This document shows positions 34,780 to 41,556 of a DNA stretch of 41,556 bases, piece by piece. The notes beneath the pieces are model-generated. The model was not told where the DNA came from, did no database searches, and was given only the letters and a program-made list of their open reading frames with translations. The stretch lies in assembly GCF_001194135.2 (NCBI RefSeq), contig NC_068981.1, forward strand, positions 89,156,155-89,197,710. The letters run 5' to 3'. Made by a program: the position numbers and the translations under genes. Position 1 is the stretch's first letter. Every line of letters begins with the position of its first letter. Source of the DNA: Octopus bimaculoides. Lineage: Eukaryota.

Positions 34780-34955
34780 CAAGAAATTTTGAGGGAAAGT
34801 TAACAGTGCTATGTTGGTACTTACATTATCGACCCAAAAGAATGAACAGAAAAGTCAACCTCGGCGGAATTTGAACTCACAACGTAAAGGCCGGAGGAAA
34901 CGCTGCTAAGCATTACGTCCAGAGTGCTAGTGATTCTACCAGCTCGTCGCCTTAA
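34780..34955 (-). mobile_element. SINE family C copy
   Basis: GGTACTTACATTATCGACCC...CCTCGGCGGAATTTGAACTCA...TTCTACCAGCTCGTCGCCTT. Confidence 0.75.
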
Positions 34956-35629
34956 TTTCTCATTTACAATATTAAGAATTTCAGTTCTTATTCAGGATGT
35001 CTCAAGCTTATTCTCAACGCGCAATTCCTAGAACAAGTGTGTTTAATATGTCATCTTGCTATTTCGATATTTTTTCTTGTTAGCTAAATCCTTGTCGGGC
35101 ACTGCATTAATGAGATGTACTGTATCTAAATGATATGTGCTGTATCTACTGTGAGAAGATCTATCATCATCTCGCACCATATAATCTAGTGCCTACTACA
35201 ACGTTAAGGATATACGGGTGGGGAGAATACTCAGCTATTTACACTTTAATATGAATCTTTCCTTAGTCTCTACCGATGCAAGATACAATCATTTACAATA
35301 GTGTTGTGTATGTACAGGATAAGTATCTTTTATTAAAAGATAAGTAAACCGAGCTGCTTGAGATTTATGTTTTTATCAGTCATATAACAATACAGGATAG
35401 ATATTTTTATTAACAGATAAGTGAACTGAGCTGCTTCAGAATTATGCTTTTATTCTTCATACAACAATGTGACGGTAATGCTACGTCGACTGTATATATT
35501 GTCTGGTTCAAAGTGTTGGGACTTCTTTGAGTCATCTTCAACAAAAACAATAGGATTACGAGGATTCTAAGATCCGCTAGAACTAACTTCTGAATCTTCT
35601 TGAAATTATACCATACCGTTCTGAAAAAG

Positions 35630-35786
35630 AGTGTATGGTTGTGTGGTACAAAGCTTGCTTTTCAACCACATCGTTTCGGCTTCAGTCCCATTTGTGTCAC
35701 TGTCTACTATGGCTCCGGGCCAACCGAAGCCCTTGGGAGAGTGGATTTGGGGGGTTTGGGGGACAGAAACTGAAAGAAGCCCATCG

Positions 35787-35824
<38 letters not shown>

Positions 35825-35850
35825 CACATATATGTGTGTGTGTGTGTGTA
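35630..35850 (+). mobile_element. SINE family A, degenerate 5' half
   Basis: GTTGTGTGG...TTCAGTCCCA...TCTACTATGGCTCCGGGCCAACC...GAAACTGAAAGAAGCCC followed by (TA)n. Confidence 0.65.
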
Positions 35851-36049
35851 TACACGAGTGAGTAGACAAACGAAAGAGAGTGGCACTCAACACATTTGGG
35901 AAGGGTAACATATATCATTTAATAACAATTTCATTCTACTTCATGCAGCTTAAATATTCTTAGGCTCGTAGACAGAATGAAACCAGACATCTGGACCTAG
36001 AGCTCTGTCTCCAGGTGCCTCATGAGTTAAGTTCGTTCTACGAGCCTAC

Positions 36050-36245
36050 GTATGTGTTTTCCTTTGTGCACAGCCGCTACTTGAAAACTGGTGGTAGTTT
36101 ACTTATGTCTCCGTAACTTTGCAGCTCAGTTAAAGAAACCGATAAACTTAAAACAACTAAGTGCTTACTTCGATATGTTCGACGAAACTCTTCAACGTGG
36201 TGCCCCAACATGACTGCAGTCCAATGAATGAAACATATAAAAGAT
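36050..36245 (+). mobile_element. SINE family A, degenerate 3' half
   Basis: CCGTAACTT...GAAACCGATA...GGTGCCCCAACATGACTGCAGTCCAATGAATGAAAC. Confidence 0.55.
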
Positions 36246-36489
36246 AGATGACAAATTGTATAATGTAGTCCTAGGTATCAGTTATACAGACGAGATGGTC
36301 ACGTCTGCAACAATTTTTATCATATGTCTGCTGGCTCTGGGCTATTTTGGGGCTAAACAACAACAAAAACATTAATACTTTCTTAAATTAATTAAAGCTA
36401 CACATTTAGAGGAGAGAAATTTACTGGAGTCAAAGAATCATAAGGCTCCTAGTAAGCTGTAAGCCACTGTATCAGACTGTATCGAACGT

Positions 36490-36823
36490 TGTTGTTGTTG
36501 GCACTCCGTCGCTTACGACGTCGAGGGTTCCAGTTGACCCGATCAACGGAACAGCCTGCTCGTGAAATTAACGTGCAAGTGGCTGAGCACTCCACAGACA
36601 CGTGTGCCCTTAACGTAGTTCTCGGGGATATTCAGCGTGACGCAGTGTGACAAGGCTGACCCTTTGAATTACAGGCACAACAGAAACAGGAAGTAAGAGA
36701 ATGCTCGTGGAGCTTTAGGTGTTTTCGCTCAATAAACACTCACAACGCCCGGTCTGGGAATCGAAACCGCGATCCTATGACCGCGAGTCCACTGCCCTAA
36801 CCACTGGGCCATTGCGCCTCCAC
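36490..36823 (-). mobile_element. SINE family B copy 4, internal deletion, perfect 12-bp TSD
   Basis: TSD TGTATCGAACGT at 36478-36489 and 36825-36836. About 60 nt missing between GTAAGAG and CTCGTGGAGC relative to the other copies. Confidence 0.9.
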
Positions 36824-37673
36824 TTGTATCGAACGTAAATAATTATTAATTTGCAAACACTATCTGATAGAGTACACTAAGTTAAATAGACTTTGGTTCT
36901 TATGTGGTGTTTTACTTGATCAATCATAGAAAGTTGGCCTCGGTGGAATTTAAATTCAGAATGTTAAAGGACGGTAACTGTGTTCTTAAGAAACTGTCTT
37001 CGCGATTTCATGGCATCAGTGTCGATCCCACTGCGTGACAGTCTGGACAAGTATATTTTGTTTATTGATAGAAAACATGAGGAAGCCCGCCGAATGAACA
37101 GTACCTGCTCTTGTGTGTCAGACGCAATTTATTACACTGTTTAGCACCGAAATCCGGCTTAGTGTTCCTCTCCCTTAAGAATTGTTCCCTGTATTTTAAG
37201 CATTTGAATCGACTTTCTTCGCGCCAGTATTGGAAACAACGAAAGTGTCACGGGCATTGTACGTTTAATATAGCAGATCAACACCAGCCCTCCACACACA
37301 CAGATCATTTATTATCAAAAAGAATTTGAAACAGTTCCATGTGACTTAAAGTTCCGCAGGCCCCTAACATAACCCCGTCTCTTTCAGGCTTTGGATTTCT
37401 GCAAAGAGAGATACAGGAAGTCCAACATATTGGCCAAAGCGGGTCACGTGGTGTTGTCAAAGAATATCAGTTGCTCAGTGACAACACTTCCTTTAGAAAG
37501 GGGAATTTCTTTGACCGTGTGGCTGGGCAGCAAGCTAGTGGCCCATAGGTGTCTGAGTATGGCAGAAGTGAGGTGTGTGTGTGTGTGTATGCGTATATGT
37601 ATATGCTCGTATATATTCCTTTACCTTTTACTTGTTTCAGTCATTAGACTGCGACCTTTATGAGGCACAACCT

Positions 37674-37716
37674 TGTGTATATACGACGTGTGTATATACG
37701 ACGTGTGTATATACGA
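37674..37716. repeat. 15-bp tandem repeat (GTGTATATACGACGT), about 3 units
   Basis: Direct reading; gives RIYTR repeats in ORF 37644..37838. Confidence 0.85.
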
Positions 37717-37874
37717 GATGAATGAATGAGTGGGTGTGGATATGTCATTAGTTGCATATATGTATGCGTGCGTATATGTATGCGTGTGTGTGTAGGTGTG
37801 TGAATGCTTGCAACATACACGTACATGGGCGAACGCATTCAGGGTGCGAGTATGAAGCTACAAAAAAGTTGTCA

Positions 37875-37905
37875 GTCATCATCATCGTCGTCGTCATCGT
37901 CATCG

Positions 37906-37965
<60 letters not shown>

Positions 37966-37982
37966 CCATCATCATCATTGAT
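37875..37982. repeat. (CAT/CGT)n array
   Basis: Direct reading. Confidence 0.97.
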
Positions 37983-38029
37983 GATAACAACTGAGACAAG
38001 GTCTAAATTTTTTCCTGGAGCGGATAGAC

Positions 38030-38225
38030 ATTCGATTACATCTAGGAAGATGGCGTTTTAGTCCGTCTTTACATTCTGAGTTAAAATTCTGCCGAGGGCG
38101 ACTTTGCTTTTCATCACTTTCAGGGTTGATAGTATAAGAGCCAGTTGAATACTGGGGTCGGCGGTGTAATCGACTAATCCCTACACCCAGAATTGCTGGC
38201 CTTGTGCCAACATTTGAAACCAATG
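38030..38225 (+). mobile_element. SINE family C copy
   Basis: TTCTGAGTTAAAATTCTGCCGAGGGCGACTTTGCTTTTCATC...GAATTGCTGGCCTTGTGCCAACATTTGAAACC. Confidence 0.75.
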
Positions 38226-38872
38226 TCTAAGGATGAACAAAATTCCATGATTTACTGGAACCTATACGAAGACGAGATACTGGAACTGCTGCAGTTGTAG
38301 TGGTGGTAATGACAATATTAAGGACTACATAAAATTATGTTCATGAATTCTAGCATTTTACTCATTAGTTTTCAAATTTTGGAAGTTTGGAAAATAAAGC
38401 TGATCTTGATCTGAACGAACATTGATGAATGTCACCATCTTTTTCATTCCAGCATGCGATGTAGCTTCTGTTGTAGTTAACTACAACAAATATAGTAATG
38501 TGTTAACATGCATAATATAATAAAGGTATGATATCTACTTAAAAATACTCACGCAAAAGTCCAATATGTTAGTGGAAAGGAAAATCTGAATTTATGAGAT
38601 TCCCAAATAGAATTGACATTGTAAGTGAAACAAATTGTTTCAGTAACACATTCAAGCCATCGCTTATGTAAATCTAAATCAGAAATCTCGCGCTGATTGT
38701 GATTTGTGGCTGCATCAACAATAACATAATATGTAGGATGCTTCAATGCAAAAAGTCACTACACTTTTATGGAAATATGCTTAATCCATTATGGTAATAC
38801 ATTGCCGTATTGTCTTGAACTTTGAACAAAAATCTATTTTGTATTTATTTTTCTGACAAGAAGAATTGTTTC

Positions 38873-39285
38873 GGCTGTGTGGTAAGTAGCTTGCTTACCA
38901 ACCACATGGTTCCGGGTTCTGTCCCACTGTAGGGCACCTTGGGCAGGTGTCTTCTACTATAGCCTCGGGCCGACCAAAGCCTTGTGAGTGGATTTGGTAG
39001 ACGGAAACTGAAAGAAGCCCGTCGTATATATGTATATATATGTGTGTGTGTATGTTTGTATGTCTGTGTTTGTTCCCCTAGCATTGCTTGACAACCGATG
39101 CTGGTGTGTTTATGTCCCCGTCACTTAGCGGTTCGGCAAAAAGAGACCGATAGAATAAGTACTAGGCTTACAAAGAATAAGTCCCGGGGTCGATTTGCTC
39201 GACTAAAAGTGGTGCTCCAGCATGGCCGCAGTCAAATGACTGAAACAAATAAAAGAGTAAAAGAGTGAAAGAGTAAAAGAAAAGG
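38873..39285 (+). mobile_element. SINE family A, near full-length young copy
   Basis: Closely matches 34175-34585. Confidence 0.9.
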
Positions 39286-41039
39286 TAAAAATGGAAAAGA
39301 AAAAAGATCCAGACATCTGAACACTTTATAGTACTGTTATCAATGTAAAATAAAAATTGAATCCTATCTTATGTACGTTAATGGAATGGGCTGCGCAAAT
39401 AATACTGACTTCTCGATAATAATCGGAACACATGGAATTTTATACCTCCTCTTAAAAGTAATAGCATCCATCACCAACACAAATAGATACACACACACAC
39501 ACACACGCATAAACATTAACGCAATGTGAAAACAAGTCACTACCATATTAACCCATTACCTCCCATAGTTCTATTAACTGGAACTTTTTTTATGAAACTT
39601 TGATTTCTAGCATAAAACAGCCTTAGAAACACGCTGGAATGATCAAAATAACATTTTAAATAGAAATAAGCGAGATATTGGGTGAAAAATTAGCACACCT
39701 CATTTGAATATCAGAGAAATATGCCTAGTAGATATAGCAAAAAGGTTAGATATGTGTAAATATTGACAGATAATTACAAAATTTGTAATTTTTAAGTGAT
39801 CTCATATGAGATACTTTTCGGGTATGCTGAGTTGACTTGAAATTTTCCGTGGCAAAGGCAACTGTNNNNNNNNNNNNNNNNNNNNNNNNNNNNNNNNNNN
39901 NNNNNNNNNNNNNNNNNNNNNNNNNNNNNNNNNNNNNNNNNNNNNNNNNNNNNNNNNNNNNNNNNNNNNNNNNNNNNNNNNNNNNNNNNNNNNNNNNNNN
40001 NNNNNNNNNNNNNNNNNNNNNNNNNNNNNNNNNNNNNNNNNNNNNNNNNNNNNNNNNNNNNNNNNNNNNNNNNNNNNNNNNNNNNNNNNNNNNNNNNNNN
40101 NNNNNNNNNNNNNNNNNNNNNNNNNNNNNNNNNNNNNNNNNNNNNNNNNNNNNNNNNNNNNNNNNNNNNNNNNNNNNNNNNNNNNNNNNNNNNNNNNNNN
40201 NNNNNNNNNNNNNNNNNNNNNNNNNNNNNNNNNNNNNNNNNNNNNNNNNNNNNNNNNNNNNNNNNNNNNNNNNNNNNNNNNNNNNNNNNNNNNNNNNNNN
40301 NNNNNNNNNNNNNNNNNNNNNNNNNNNNNNNNNNNNNNNNNNNNNNNNNNNNNNNNNNNNNNNNNNNNNNNNNNNNNNNNNNNNNNNNNNNNNNNNNNNN
40401 NNNNNNNNNNNNNNNNNNNNNNNNNNNNNNNNNNNNNNNNNNNNNNNNNTTTTATTTCTTTGTTTTTGCGTTCTTTCGACTCTGACAATAACGTCAGCGT
40501 AGGGAAAAATTATATTGCAGCATAATACATTATCGTATAGAAGATTTTAATGCAATTGTTGGCTACTATATTTGCATTTGAAAAAGAAACATCGTAAAAA
40601 TTTATGATTGCTTTTAATGTAATCACTACAGCTTTGCATTAACGAGTAATTACTTTAGAACATAAATTAATGGTTTGCTTAGACATCTCATTTACACTGT
40701 TTTTTCCGCATCCTTGCATAACACGAAACAAAGATACTTAAATGGATATCTGTAGAGAATTATTGATATATTTACTAGAATTTCGCCATGATCCAGTTTT
40801 CAATGAGGCAAAAATACGAATAATACTACTATATGAATATGGATCTGATACTACTTTACAGGCTATGTCTATTTGTCGATCTATCGTATTCCAAGGAGTG
40901 GCGGTCGTTAAATCTAATTTAATCGGAATCAACGAACTGGTGATCAATGCAACATATATTCTAATCTTACAATAACAGTATCTCACAATTTTTTGTATCT
41001 TAGCTCACCCTTTCACCGAATAGGTATTTACAAACAACC

Positions 41040-41310
41040 TCGTCCATGTTTTGCAAAAAAGGACAGGGATTGCAGTTGGTGATTGGGAGAGGGAGGCACA
41101 AATCCAGGAGGCGTGGTGGAAGGTAGTGCATAATGGTTGTTTAGAATTTGAGAGGGAGAGAGTGAAGTACGAGAGAATTAGGAGGGACCTTAGAAGGAGG
41201 AAACGTGTGGAGAGTGAGGAAGTCTTGCTTTTTGTATGTGCGGTTTGTGGGAGGAAGTGTTTGAGTCGTGCAGGCCTGGTCAGCGATCAAACATCTTACC
41301 GGAATTGACC
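41040..41310 (+). mobile_element. RTE-clade LINE extreme 3' fragment with decayed C2H2 finger
   Basis: ORF 41051..41308: DWEREAQ...WWKVVHNG...FERER...FVCAVCGRKCLSRAGLVSD (C..CGR.C.SR.GL.SH pattern). Confidence 0.75.
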
Positions 41311-41556
41311 CATGATAAACAGTGATAAACATCATAAACAGCTTTTACAATTCACAAAAGAACATGTTTAAAATGTGGAAGGGTGTGATTCTCAGTTGGA
41401 GGTCTAAAAAGACATGTTAAGAGAGTGCATACGATAGCACCTGTTTTCCCTGCCAGCCAGAACAGCTGAGCAGTATGAAATAAAATGTGTAAAACTTTGG
41501 GTGGGTTTAAAAGTCATATAAGGGCATCACATAGCATCAATAATAAATCCTTTCAG

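Larger units (their letters stand above)
7047..40449. other. Assembly gaps (N): 7047-7056, 12744-13501, 14946-15795, 18236-18664, 18952-18961, 21696-21705, 26532-27453, 30673-31047, 33014-33530, 39866-40449
   Basis: Direct reading; most gaps abut (TA)n or (CA)n tracts. Confidence 0.98.

Noticed and set aside
40738-40986. Weak RT-like wording (LDLTTA...IIRIF) on the minus strand
   Set aside because: Too few conserved residues, and opposite in orientation to the neighbouring RTE fragment.

Overview
AT-rich, microsatellite- and SINE-dense animal genomic DNA from a gapped draft scaffold (10 N-runs, about 4.5 kb in total). The repeat landscape is what I associate with octopus genomes; this taxon call is an inference. 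The window holds one protein-coding gene that the ORF track misses because it is spliced. Four + strand coding exons (539-744, 5985-6280, 11598-11746, 31819-31962) are joined by three GT-AG introns whose phases (2, 1, 0) all match, giving an uninterrupted 264-aa ORF. The product has a predicted signal peptide and the motif series of glycoside hydrolase family 114 (endo-alpha-1,4-galactosaminidase, Ega3-like): [75 protein letters not shown] know GH114 mainly from bacteria and fungi, so an intact, intron-containing, probably secreted copy in an animal is the main finding (candidate horizontally acquired antibiofilm/antifungal enzyme). The rest is transposable-element debris: at least four tRNA-type SINE families, CR1/L2-like, RTE and R4/Dong-like LINE fragments, a pogo-like transposase remnant, Tc1 and hAT termini, and many simple repeats.
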